Assembly: GCF_000008665.1 (NCBI RefSeq)
Contig: NC_000917.1
Coordinates: 810,001 to 842,000 of the forward strand
Reading direction: 5' to 3'
From: Archaeoglobus fulgidus DSM 4304
GTDB taxonomy: Archaea; Halobacteriota; Archaeoglobi; Archaeoglobales; Archaeoglobaceae
DNA: 32,000 nucleotides
The position numbers and the translations under genes are program-made. Every line of letters starts with the position of its first letter. Within the stretch, counting starts at the first letter, position 1. The notes below the pieces were generated by a model. That model saw nothing but the letters and a program-made list of their open reading frames with translations. It was not told the origin of the DNA and ran no database searches. Positions 8,164 to 16,602 of this stretch are shown here, one piece after another.

Positions 8164-9876
8164 ATGCACATGAGCGAAATCATGGAAATGCTGATACGCA
8201 GAGGATTCCTCTGGCAGTCTTTCGAGATATACGGAGGAATGGCAGGTTTTATCGATTACGCTCCTCTTGGTAACAACCTCAGAAGGAAGATTGAGAACAT
8301 CTGGCGGAAGTACTTCGTGATCAATGAAAGAGCGGCTGAGATTGACACACCAACCATAGGCATAGAGGAAGTCTTCATAGCTTCTGGCCACGCAACCTCC
8401 TTCACGGATGTTGCAATTGAATGCGAGAACTGCGGGAGGGTTTACAGAGCAGATCACTACGTCAAGGAAAAGCTGGGAATCGAGGTAGATGAGACTGTCG
8501 AGGCGGTTAAGGAGGTCATGGAAGTTTACGACTTGAAGTGCGAATGCGGAGGGAGATTCAAAGACCCTGCCCCCATGAACCTCATGTTCTCCACCACCAT
8601 TGGGCCGGGGAAGGGAAAGAAGGGCTACCTTCGCCCCGAAACCGCTCAGGGAATGTTTGTCGACTTCAAGAGGCTGGCGAACTTCTTCAGGGAAAAGCTT
8701 CCCTTCGGTGTGGCGCAGATTGGAAGGGCTTACAGGAACGAAATCAGCCCGAGGCAGGGAGTGATAAGGCTGAGAGAGTTCAATCAGGCGGAGCTGGAGT
8801 TCTTCGTCCATCCGGGGGAGAAGAAGCATCCACACTTCAGCCTTTACGCTAAAGATGTGGTAAAGCTTGTGGATAAGTTTGACAGCCAGCACGAGATAAC
8901 GCTTGAGGAAGCGGTGGAGAAGGGAATCATAGCCAACCAGATTCTGGCGTACTTCATAGGAAAGACGAGGCGATTTCTGCTTGAGATAGGCATCAAGGAC
9001 GAGAAGCTGAGGTTCAGGCAGCACAAGGATGTAGAGAGGGCTCATTATGCAACTGATTGCTGGGATGCAGAAGTTTTAACCAGCTACGGCTGGATTGAGG
9101 TTGTTGGCATTGCGGACAGAACAAACTACGATTTGAAGAGGCACAGCAAGTTCAGCGGTGAAGATCTGAGCGTTTTCGTGCCCTACGAGGAGCCAGTTAA
9201 GGTGAAGAGGAGGAAAATTGTCCCCATACTGAGCAAGCTCGGTCCCGAGTTCAGGCAGAAGGCAAAGAAGGTAGCTGAGGCTCTTGAAGCTTTAAATGTT
9301 GAAGCTGACTTGGATGAGGTAGAGGTTGAGGTTGACGGCGAGAAGGTAAAGGTAACGAAGGAGTTCTTCGAGATTCAGGAGGTCGAGGAGGAGGTTACGG
9401 GAGAGAAGGTCATACCGCACGTCATAGAGCCATCCTTCGGCCTTGACAGGATTACCTACTCCGTTCTTGAGCACGCCTTTGATAAGGATGTTGTTGATGG
9501 AGAAGAGAGGAGAGTTCTGAGGCTCAAGAGGTGGGTCAGCCCGATTGAGGTTGCCGTCCTACCTTTGCTCTCAAGGGAGCCCTTCGAGTCGAAGGGGATG
9601 GAGATTGTCCAGATGCTGAGAGAAGAGGGTATTTTCACCGATTACGACGATTCGGGAAGCATAGGGAGAAGATACAGGCGTTTTGATGAGATAGGAACTC
9701 CCTTCTGCGTAACCGTTGACCATCAGACCTTTGAGGATGAGACCGTAACAATCAGGGACAGAGACACGACTGCACAGGTTAGGGTGAAGCTTGGCGAACT
9801 CCCATCAATCCTCAAGGAGCTGCTGAGAAGTGAGAAGGACATAACGGAGTTCGGGGAGGTCTTCAGGCAGGTGTAG
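8164..9876 (+). CDS. glyS: Glycyl-tRNA synthetase (archaeal/eukaryotic class II type)
   Basis: The N-terminus is ...RRGFLWQSFEIYGGMAGFIDYAPLG, and class II motifs are present (YLRPETAQG, FGVAQIGRAYRNEISPR, EPSFGLDR). It is 570 aa. Antisense ORF 8143..9045 is spurious. Confidence 0.93.
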   Translation: MHMSEIMEMLIRRGFLWQSFEIYGGMAGFIDYAPLGNNLRRKIENIWRKYFVINERAAEIDTPTIGIEEVFIASGHATSFTDVAIECENCGRVYRADHYVKEKLGIEVDETVEAVKEVMEVYDLKCECGGRFKDPAPMNLMFSTTIGPGKGKKGYLRPETAQGMFVDFKRLANFFREKLPFGVAQIGRAYRNEISPRQGVIRLREFNQAELEFFVHPGEKKHPHFSLYAKDVVKLVDKFDSQHEITLEEAVEKGIIANQILAYFIGKTRRFLLEIGIKDEKLRFRQHKDVERAHYATDCWDAEVLTSYGWIEVVGIADRTNYDLKRHSKFSGEDLSVFVPYEEPVKVKRRKIVPILSKLGPEFRQKAKKVAEALEALNVEADLDEVEVEVDGEKVKVTKEFFEIQEVEEEVTGEKVIPHVIEPSFGLDRITYSVLEHAFDKDVVDGEERRVLRLKRWVSPIEVAVLPLLSREPFESKGMEIVQMLREEGIFTDYDDSGSIGRRYRRFDEIGTPFCVTVDHQTFEDETVTIRDRDTTAQVRVKLGELPSILKELLRSEKDITEFGEVFRQV

Positions 9877-9879
9877 GCT

Positions 9880-10770
9880 TTGCTCGTCCTCTCTGGGGGA
9901 ACAGGGACGCCAAAGCTTCTGCAGGGGTTGAAGGAGGTAGCTGACTTCTGGGTTGTCGTGAACACAGCCGAAGATGTCTGGGTTTCGGGAAACAAAATCT
10001 GCCCTGACATTGATTCGGTCATCTACGCAATTGCGGAGGTCATCGACGATGAGAAGTGGTGGGGGATAAAGGGCGACACCTTCCACACGCACGAGAGGCT
10101 GAAGGAGCTCGGCTTTGACGAGGGCATGAGGATTGGGGACTTGGACAGGGCAACGCACATTCTGCGGAGCGAGATGCTGAGGGCTGGAAAATCTCTCTGC
10201 GAGGCTACAAAAGCTGTTGCTGAGGCTTATGGGGTAAAGCAGGAAATATTCCCGATGTGCGAGGAGGAGGTTTCCACCACTGTTGTGACAGATGAGGGGG
10301 AGATGCACTTTCAGGAGTTCTGGGTTCTCAGGAGGGGAGAGCCTGAAGTGAAGGACGTCTACTTCAGGGGCATTGAGAAAGCGAGAATTCCCGATGAGGT
10401 CAAAGAAAGGCTGAGGAAGGAAAAGGAAGTGCTTATAGGCCCCAGCAATCCAATAACCAGCATACTGCCGATTTTGAGCGTTGAGGACTTCAGAGAGAGG
10501 TTGAGGGACAAAAAGGTTATAGCAATCTCCCCCATAGTGGGAGAGAAGGCTGTTAGCGGTCCGGCGGGGAAGCTAATGAGGGCGAAGGGCTATGAAGTTT
10601 CTGCAAGAGGAGTGGCGGATGTGTATGCGGACTTCCTTGACCTTCTGGTGGTTGATGAAGCCGACAAAGGTGTAATGGAGAGAAGTGTGGCCACGAACAC
10701 CATAATGAAGACAAAGGAAGATGCCGTAAGGCTCGCAGAGTTCGTGGTTAAGCTTTTTGATGGGCTATGA
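9880..10770 (+). CDS. cofD: 2-phospho-L-lactate transferase (CofD, F420 biosynthesis)
   Basis: The sequence (M)[19 protein letters not shown]... is the CofD N-terminal signature. The start is TTG, 3 nt after the glyS TAG, with an AGGTG Shine-Dalgarno-like sequence at 9869-9873. Confidence 0.85.
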
Positions 10771-11618
10771 TAGTAAATGTGGCAGAAATAAAGAAATTCT
10801 TGGAATCTTTACCGTATCCAAAGCACTGCATCCACTGCGAGGGCACTGATGAGAATGCTGAGAATCCAGTGCACCATCCAAGCTACGAAGTCACACCATC
10901 CTGCAACCTGAGATGCATCTTCTGCTACTCCAGAGTTGCCCAGCTTAAAGGCACTGCCCCAAAACCGGGCTACTACGGTTCTTTAAATCCGAAGGCCATC
11001 ACCATCTCGCAGTACGGGGAGCCCTTCGTTGTTGGCACGTCCAGGGTTGTAGAAATCATCAGAAAGCTCAGAGAAAGGTTTGGGGAAGTGAGGATTGACA
11101 TCCAGACCAACGGAACACTTCTTGAGCCGGAAATTCTCGGCAGTGAGGCGGACATAGTCATGATCAGCCTCGATGCTGGTAGCAGGGAGAGCTATGCTGA
11201 GATAACGGGGAAAGATTTTTTCGAGAGGGTTGTGAAAAACATCGAAAAAATGTCAGAACATACTTACACAGTTGTAAGGACAGTTTTCATGCCGGGCATT
11301 AATGACGAGGAGCTTGAAAGGATTGCCGAGATTGCTTCGCAGGCTGATGAGCTTTTCTTGCAGCCCCTCTCCATCTACAGAGAGAACACAGAGCTTTTGA
11401 AAAGGCTTGACGTTGAGAGGGCTGAGAGCTTGGGTGATTACCTTCAAACTGCTTACAGACTTTCAGAAATCGCCAGCGTAAGAATTCCGGGCTGCCTTCT
11501 TTTGAACATGCGCTGGTTTTTGAGGGAGTTCGAAATAGGGGAGCTTATGCTTGTAAAAAGGGATGCCTTCGGAAGCGTTCCGATGATGCAGAGGCGCTGG
11601 CAGTTCATCATTGAGTAA
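10767..11618 (+). CDS. Radical SAM domain protein, function unknown
   Basis: A CX3CX2C motif ([11 protein letters not shown]) is followed by TIM-barrel-like segments (ISQYGEP, DIQTNG, ISLDAG). The ATGA start/stop overlaps cofD by 4 nt. Confidence 0.75.
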
Positions 11619-11648
11619 ATTTATTCTTTCCTCTGTCGAACAACCATT

Positions 11649-12104
11649 ATGAGATTTGCCGTTGTGAGCGACACGCACGACAACCTTTCAGCGGTGAAGG
11701 AGCTTGCTGATGCCCTGAGCAAAGAGAAGCTGGATTTTGTGGTGCATGCGGGCGACGTGATTGCCCCCTTCACCTTGAAAGAGTTCGAAAGGCTCGGAGT
11801 GAAGCTTTACATAGCCTTCGGGAACAACGACGGCGAGAGGAGAATTCTCACGCAGATTGCGGAGCGAAACAGCTGGGAGATTGGCGACATCGTTGAATTT
11901 CCGGGCGGAGTGGTTTACCACGGCACAGACAAGAGAGTGCTGGAGGTGCTGAAAAAGCTCGAAACTCTCGTTGTCTTCGGCCACACGCATGAAGTGCTGA
12001 AAGAAAAGAACCTGCTCAATCCCGGAGAGGTTTGCGGCTACCTGACGGGCAAGAGGACTTACGCCATAGTCGAGGACGGAGAGATAAGCATCTTGGAGCT
12101 TTGA
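11649..12104 (+). CDS. Metallophosphoesterase, MJ0936/YfcE family
   Basis: The motifs VVSDTHDN, HAGDV, GNNDGE and GHTH occur in canonical order in a 151-aa protein. Confidence 0.85.
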   Translation: MRFAVVSDTHDNLSAVKELADALSKEKLDFVVHAGDVIAPFTLKEFERLGVKLYIAFGNNDGERRILTQIAERNSWEIGDIVEFPGGVVYHGTDKRVLEVLKKLETLVVFGHTHEVLKEKNLLNPGEVCGYLTGKRTYAIVEDGEISILEL

Positions 12105-12140
12105 GGCTAAACTTAAAAAACTGCCTGAAGGTGTAAGAGC

Positions 12141-13433
12141 ATGCGTGTTTACACTGCCGACGTAAAGCCTGAAATGGAAGGTCAGAAGGTCACGCTGTAC
12201 GGCTGGGTTCACGAAGTTCGTGATCTCGGTGGGCTGGTGTTCATACTGCTGAGGGACAGGGAGGGGATTGTTCAGATTACTCTCCCGAGAAAGTTTGTCA
12301 GCAAGCAGGTTTTCAAGCTGGCCAAGAAAATTAGAAGGGAAAGCGTTATTGCGGTAACGGGAGAGGTTAGAAGGGAAGAGAAGGCTCCGGGTGGTGTGGA
12401 GATTATTCCAGAATCAATTGAGGTTCTGAACGAAGCTGATGCTCCCCTTCCCCTTGAGGTCACAGAGAAAGTTCCAGCAGAGCTCGACACTCGCCTTGAC
12501 CACCGCTTCATGGATTTGAGGAGGCCGAGAGTTCAGGCCATCTTCAGAATAAGGCATCAGGTGATGCAGAGCGTGAGAGAATTTCTGTCAGAGGAGGGTT
12601 TCATTGAAGTGCACACACCAAAGATTGTTTCAACCGCAACTGAGGGAGGAACGGAGCTTTTCCCAATAAGCTACTTTGAGAAGGAGGCTTTCCTCAACCA
12701 GAGCCCCCAGCTATACAAGCAGGTTCTGATGGCTGCTGGCTTCGAGAAGGTCTTTGAAATTGGCCCGATTTTCAGGGCCGAGGAGCACAACACCACACGC
12801 CACCTCAATGAAGCAATCTCCATCGACATTGAGATGAGCTTCACCGACCACAACGGAGTCATGGACGTCCTTGAAAGGCTCGTTCAGAGGGTTTACGAGG
12901 ATGTGGCTGAGAAGTGCGAGCGCTACCTTGGCTGGCTCGAAGTTTCGCTGGAAATACCTGAGCTGCCCTTCCCCAGAATAACCTACGACGAGGCGAGGGA
13001 GATTGCAGCGAGAAAGGGAGAGGAGATTCCGTGGGGAGAGGACCTGAGCACCAACGCCCTCAAGCTTGTTGGAGAGGAGATGGGAGGCCTTTACTTCATC
13101 ACCGACTGGCCTACTGAATCAAAGCCCTTCTACGCGATGCCCTATGAAGACAGGCCTGAAATCAGCAAGAGCTTCGACTTAATGCACGGCTGGCTTGAGC
13201 TTTCGAGCGGAGCCCAGAGAATTCACCTCTACGACATGCTGGTTGAGAGCATAAAAGCGAAGGGAATGGAGCCCGAGAGCTTCGGCTTTTATCTTGAAGC
13301 TTTCCGCTACGGCATGCCGCCCCATGCAGGCTGGGGACTTGGAGCTGAGAGGCTCATCATGTCCATGCTCGGCCTGAAAAATGTGAGAGAAGCGGTGCTT
13401 TTCCCGAGGGACAGGCACAGGCTCGTTCCTTAG
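12141..13433 (+). CDS. aspS: Aspartyl-tRNA synthetase (archaeal type)
   Basis: The OB-fold N-terminus reads [30 protein letters not shown]. Class IIb motifs are present ([29 protein letters not shown]). It is 430 aa. Confidence 0.93.
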   Translation: MRVYTADVKPEMEGQKVTLYGWVHEVRDLGGLVFILLRDREGIVQITLPRKFVSKQVFKLAKKIRRESVIAVTGEVRREEKAPGGVEIIPESIEVLNEADAPLPLEVTEKVPAELDTRLDHRFMDLRRPRVQAIFRIRHQVMQSVREFLSEEGFIEVHTPKIVSTATEGGTELFPISYFEKEAFLNQSPQLYKQVLMAAGFEKVFEIGPIFRAEEHNTTRHLNEAISIDIEMSFTDHNGVMDVLERLVQRVYEDVAEKCERYLGWLEVSLEIPELPFPRITYDEAREIAARKGEEIPWGEDLSTNALKLVGEEMGGLYFITDWPTESKPFYAMPYEDRPEISKSFDLMHGWLELSSGAQRIHLYDMLVESIKAKGMEPESFGFYLEAFRYGMPPHAGWGLGAERLIMSMLGLKNVREAVLFPRDRHRLVP

Positions 13434-14370
13434 CTCTGCTTTACAATTTCTCCCTCTTTTATCACCGCTTTAAGGGCATCCATCGGCTTTACTCCCAGAC
13501 CAACGAGAAGCTTGATCTCAAGGCTGTTCAGGCCGTAAAGCTGCACCTCCTTTGCCCCTATGAAGAAGTCCGTTCCCGTTGCAAGCCTCACTCTCTCCCT
13601 GTAAGCCCTTTTTATGGACTCGGCATGTATCTCGTGCACTTCTTTCAGCTTCTCAAGCATCCATTCGGGCAGGTTGTTTGAGGGCCCGAATTTCAGTGCG
13701 ACGTCAACGATGGAGAGTGTGGGAATGAGAGTAACGTCCTTTTCAACTGACAGATTTATTGCATCCTGATTCAAATCCATTCCGTGGGCGAGGGTTTTTA
13801 CCCCCTCCTCAACGGCGTTGATGTATCCCTCAGATGACTCGGCATGGGCGTGGACAAGCCTGCCTGCCCTCCTCGCCTCCTCAACAACAGCAGCAATCTC
13901 CCCCCTCGTCATCTGGGGGAATTCGGGCTTGTCCTTCTGCGACGCAACACCTCCGGTGACAAAAATCTTGATGAAGTCCACTCCTTCCCTCAGAACGTAG
14001 CGAGCACCTTTCCTGAACTCATCCTCCCCATCGCAGAGGAGAGACTGGAAAGGGACCTTTATCTTCGAAGTTCTTGCGTCTGCAAGCTCAGGGGGGAGGA
14101 AGTGGATGTCCCCATGCCCGAAGGTCTGCGAGAGGGGATATCCAGACGCCACTATTCTCGGCCCCCCTCACAACACCCTCCTTAACCGCTTCTCTGAGAT
14201 GCAGAGCCACAACACTCCCTGCATAACTATGGTAGTATATCCAGCATCAAGCATCGCCTCCAAATCCTTTATTGCCCTAGCAACGAAAACGCCGAAGGTG
14301 TAAGCAGGCTCTCCCTCACGTAGTCCCCACTCCTGAAGCCCGTGACGTGCAGGTGGGCATCTATCAGCTC
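13430..14370 (-). pseudogene. Amidohydrolase-family (COG1228-like) pseudogene lacking its N-terminus, with several frameshifts and an apparent C-terminal internal deletion
   Basis: Homology-like sequence is spread over four frames. In order the pieces are ELIDAHLHVTGFRSGDYVRESLLTPSAFSLLGQ* (HxH motif), ARAIKDLEAMLDAGYTTIV, YAGSVVALHLREAVKEGVVRG, and RIVASGYPLSQTFGHGD...FIKIFVTGGV...RLVHAHAESSEG...LAHGMDL...IPTLSI... (the track ORF 13430..14152, whose 'start' is an internal GTG). One shift coincides with a C6 run at 14162-14167. The C-terminus jumps from ...PMDALKA directly to [11 protein letters not shown]. Confidence 0.8.
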
Positions 14371-14700
14371 GTCCCCATGTCAGAGCCGGGGATGTAAAGG
14401 GCCTTTTTAAGAAACTGAGCAATGTATCTGGCGTACTGGTAAGTATCTCCCTCCTATGCTCCGAATTTGGGTCTGCACAGATTCCTCCCTTCGCCCCGCC
14501 AACGGGAATTCCAAAGATTGCAGCCTTGAGACTCATAGCCCTCACAAGCCATGCAACCTCCTCAACCGTAACGTCGGGCAGCATCCTTATTCCACCGGCA
14601 CATGCACCAAATTTCAGAGTGTCAAGGACCTTGTCCCGTATTTCGGGTCGTAGAACCGCATCACCACTTCCGGCCCGATCTCATCATAGACAACGGCCAT
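14371..14700 (-). pseudogene. Glu/Leu/Phe/Val dehydrogenase family N-terminal fragment (about 100 codons, frameshifted), abutting the amidohydrolase remnant
   Basis: From the ATG (complement of 14698-14700) the sequence reads MAVVYDEIGPEVVMRFYDPKYGTRSLTL*. A second frame gives VLDTLKFGACAGGIRMLPDVTVEEVAWLVRAMSLKAAIFGIPVGGAKGGICADP, which includes the dehydrogenase catalytic-Lys region. A third frame gives DTYQYARYIAQFLKKALYIPGSDMGTS*. No dinucleotide-binding domain follows. Confidence 0.7.
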
Positions 14701-14801
14701 AGAATTGTTCTTTCTTAAACATTAAAAATTTTCCTCCGTGGAATTGAAAAATTTCCTCAAAACCTCCCTGATTTTATTTTTCGAAACATGTATCGAATTT
14801 T

Positions 14802-14978
14802 ATGCCTGCTGTAATAGATGCGGCAAGATGTGACGGATGCGGGCTTTGCATTCCAGAGTGCAAGGGAAATGCCATCCACCTCAATGGCAGCAAGGCTTAC
14901 GTTGATGAGGATGCCTGCATGGAGTGTGGCGCTTGCGTGAGGGCCTGCCCCAACAACGCCATCAGCGTTGAGTGGTAA
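14802..14978 (+). CDS. 2x[4Fe-4S] ferredoxin (58 aa)
   Basis: My own translation is MPAVIDAARCDGCGLCIPECKGNAIHLNGSKAYVDEDACMECGACVRACPNNAISVEW*. It contains two CX2CX2CX3C(P) clusters. It falls below the ORF-track length threshold. A TATA-like TTTTATTTTT at 14772-14781 lies about 25 nt upstream of the ATG. Confidence 0.8.
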   Translation: MPAVIDAARCDGCGLCIPECKGNAIHLNGSKAYVDEDACMECGACVRACPNNAISVEW

Positions 14979-14990
14979 ATGTTTGTGTCC

Positions 14991-15021
14991 AAGGGCTAAA
15001 ATCAAGATTATTACCCTTTTT
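14991..15021 (+). terminator. Weak hairpin (AAGGG-18 nt-CCCTT) ending in T5, between the convergent ferredoxin and island genes
   Basis: The inverted repeat is 14991-14995 / 14014+1000-15018 region (14991-14995 pairs with 15014-18), followed by TTTTT at 15017-15021. Confidence 0.3.
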
Positions 15022-15023
15022 AA

Positions 15024-15611
15024 TTATTTGTAGCCAATCAGCCAATCTGGCTTTTCGGGTAAGGAAATTTCTGTGCCGCTTAGTGTGTAGTATTCTTTTA
15101 AGACTTCAAGAAATTCCTCCCAAAGAACATCCAGAGCCTCTTTCCACTGTTCAAAATCTTCCTTGGCATAAAAAGTCCAATTTGCAGATCCAGCGATTTT
15201 ATCGGCCTTGAATTTGAAATGCATTGGCAAAACTCTTAACAGGTTATTACCTGCCAAGTAGCGTCTGCATGTTATTATCGTCTCGATTTCATCTTCAGTC
15301 TGGGCTGTATACACATAGCTTGAGAAAGCCTTTATTAGCGGTATGTAGAACTTTTCTAGTCTATCTTCGATTGCTTTCAATCTCTGTTGTCTTGCCATCA
15401 GCTGAACCTGTCTGTTACTAACTAAAATAGTCACGAGTGCTGCTGATGCCATTATGGCTGTTGCTAAAGCAACAACTGAATTTGAGAGGATTATGTCCTT
15501 CATAATAACAGATTCAGCAACAAGAAATGCAAAAAGAATCAAAATGACCAATATAGGTAACCAGAGTCCTATAACACTTTCACTCTTTTTTATGAATTTC
15601 ACATTTTTCAC
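15024..15611 (-). CDS. Membrane protein with two N-terminal TM helices and a soluble domain of about 125 aa with unknown function
   Basis: The ORF sits in the AT-rich island. Hydrophobic segments are VIGLWLPILVILILFAFLVA and VVALATAIMASAALVTILV. I recognise no motif in the rest (RLEKFYIPLIKAF...WEEFLEVLKEYY...). The track start GTG (15611) is itself part of the Shine-Dalgarno sequence AAGGAGGTG, so the GTG at 15602 (6-nt spacer) is the more likely start. Confidence 0.6.
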   Translation of the reverse strand: MKNVKFIKKSESVIGLWLPILVILILFAFLVAESVIMKDIILSNSVVALATAIMASAALVTILVSNRQVQLMARQQRLKAIEDRLEKFYIPLIKAFSSYVYTAQTEDEIETIITCRRYLAGNNLLRVLPMHFKFKADKIAGSANWTFYAKEDFEQWKEALDVLWEEFLEVLKEYYTLSGTEISLPEKPDWLIGYK

Positions 15612-15636
15612 CTCCTTCTTTATTTGTTCCGACTCC

Positions 15637-16584
15637 TCAACATTTTAACGTTTGATGCGCCAACAAAATTCTGTATCTTAGGGGCGGGTGAGTTTGAGGA
15701 ATAGGCTGGTTAAGGATATTCCGAGGGAAGAGGTAGTAAATACTCTGTTTCAACAAAATTTTCAGGATTTCAAATGGTGTCACATCTCCCGAATTGAAGT
15801 TTTTCAGGTCTATTTTGCCGACAAATTCTGCATAATCCCCAAGAACATTGTAAAAATACGTCTTGAAAAGAGCTTTGGAGAAGTTTTCGTACCCAGACTT
15901 TTTAACTGCAAATAAATCGGCTTCATGCTCGTTTATCCAGCTGAAAACCATGAAAAATGTTGCGTAAATGATAAGTAGCGCTCCTAGGGTTATAAAAAGA
16001 CTTACTTTAAGATTTGGTTGAAATTTGCCCATTTCCAAGAGAAAAAGTGTAGTTAATACAACAGCAGCTATCAAAACCCAAAACATCATGGCAGTAGATC
16101 TAGTTATCATCCACCACTTGTTTTTAGAATGCCCTGATTCATGGTAAATAACAGCTTTAAGCTCCTCACCGGAAAGAACGTCTTTAAGACTTTTCGTGAC
16201 AAAAATTTTTCTTTTAAGCGGTGTATAAAATGCGTTGTATACTTTCTTGCCCTTTTCGTAACCAATAATAACAGGAATACCATCAATTTCGCCGTATTTC
16301 TCTTCATTTTCAAATTTCAATTCAAACACCACCTTAAAAATCGGCAAGAGTATTATAAAGACCGCTAATTCTACCAATAAGATAAATAATAGGTTGGAAA
16401 GTAAATTCCAGAATGACCAGAAGAAAAGAAGGATATAAACCGCAAATGAAGCAACACTGAAAATTCCCGAAATCTTCCACCACCTCTCCCGCCTTAAGTA
16501 TGAGCAATATAATAAAGATAAAGATATGACCACAAGAATCGCTACGAACAAAATTAGGCTGCTTGTTGCCCATGACTCGAGCAT
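15637..16584 (-). CDS. Integral-membrane zinc metalloprotease, M48 (HtpX/Ste24-like) family
   Basis: It carries VYNAFYTPLKRKIFVTKSLKDVLSGEELKAVIYHESGH (NAF...HEXXH), a downstream NEHEADLFA (third ligand Glu) and a C-terminal THPPLRYRI. Several TM helices are present. It is 315 aa, very AT-rich, and starts with ATG. Confidence 0.75.
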   Translation of the reverse strand: MLESWATSSLILFVAILVVISLSLLYCSYLRRERWWKISGIFSVASFAVYILLFFWSFWNLLSNLLFILLVELAVFIILLPIFKVVFELKFENEEKYGEIDGIPVIIGYEKGKKVYNAFYTPLKRKIFVTKSLKDVLSGEELKAVIYHESGHSKNKWWMITRSTAMMFWVLIAAVVLTTLFLLEMGKFQPNLKVSLFITLGALLIIYATFFMVFSWINEHEADLFAVKKSGYENFSKALFKTYFYNVLGDYAEFVGKIDLKNFNSGDVTPFEILKILLKQSIYYLFPRNILNQPIPQTHPPLRYRILLAHQTLKC

Positions 16585-16602
16585 GTAATTTATATGTTTT
16601 CA

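Noticed and set aside
8143-9045. A 300-aa minus-strand ORF antisense to glyS. Similar long antisense ORFs occur at 28249..29061 (270 aa, antisense to tuf/rps10), 9805..10308, 11688..12212, 27481..27936 and 25245..25793.
   Set aside because: Each lies entirely within a confidently identified gene on the other strand. Their products are low-complexity, Leu/Ser/Arg/Pro-rich and motif-free. This is the expected shadow-ORF effect of the purine-rich codon bias of the real genes.
12141-13433. Calling AspRS non-discriminating (Asp-tRNAAsn forming).
   Set aside because: This cannot be decided from this sequence alone. It needs genome-wide knowledge of AsnRS and GatCAB presence and analysis of anticodon-binding-loop residues.
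14757-15005. An 82-aa minus-strand ORF listed in the track.
   Set aside because: It is antisense to a perfect two-cluster ferredoxin ORF on the plus strand (14802-14978). Its own product has no features and begins in the intergenic terminator region.
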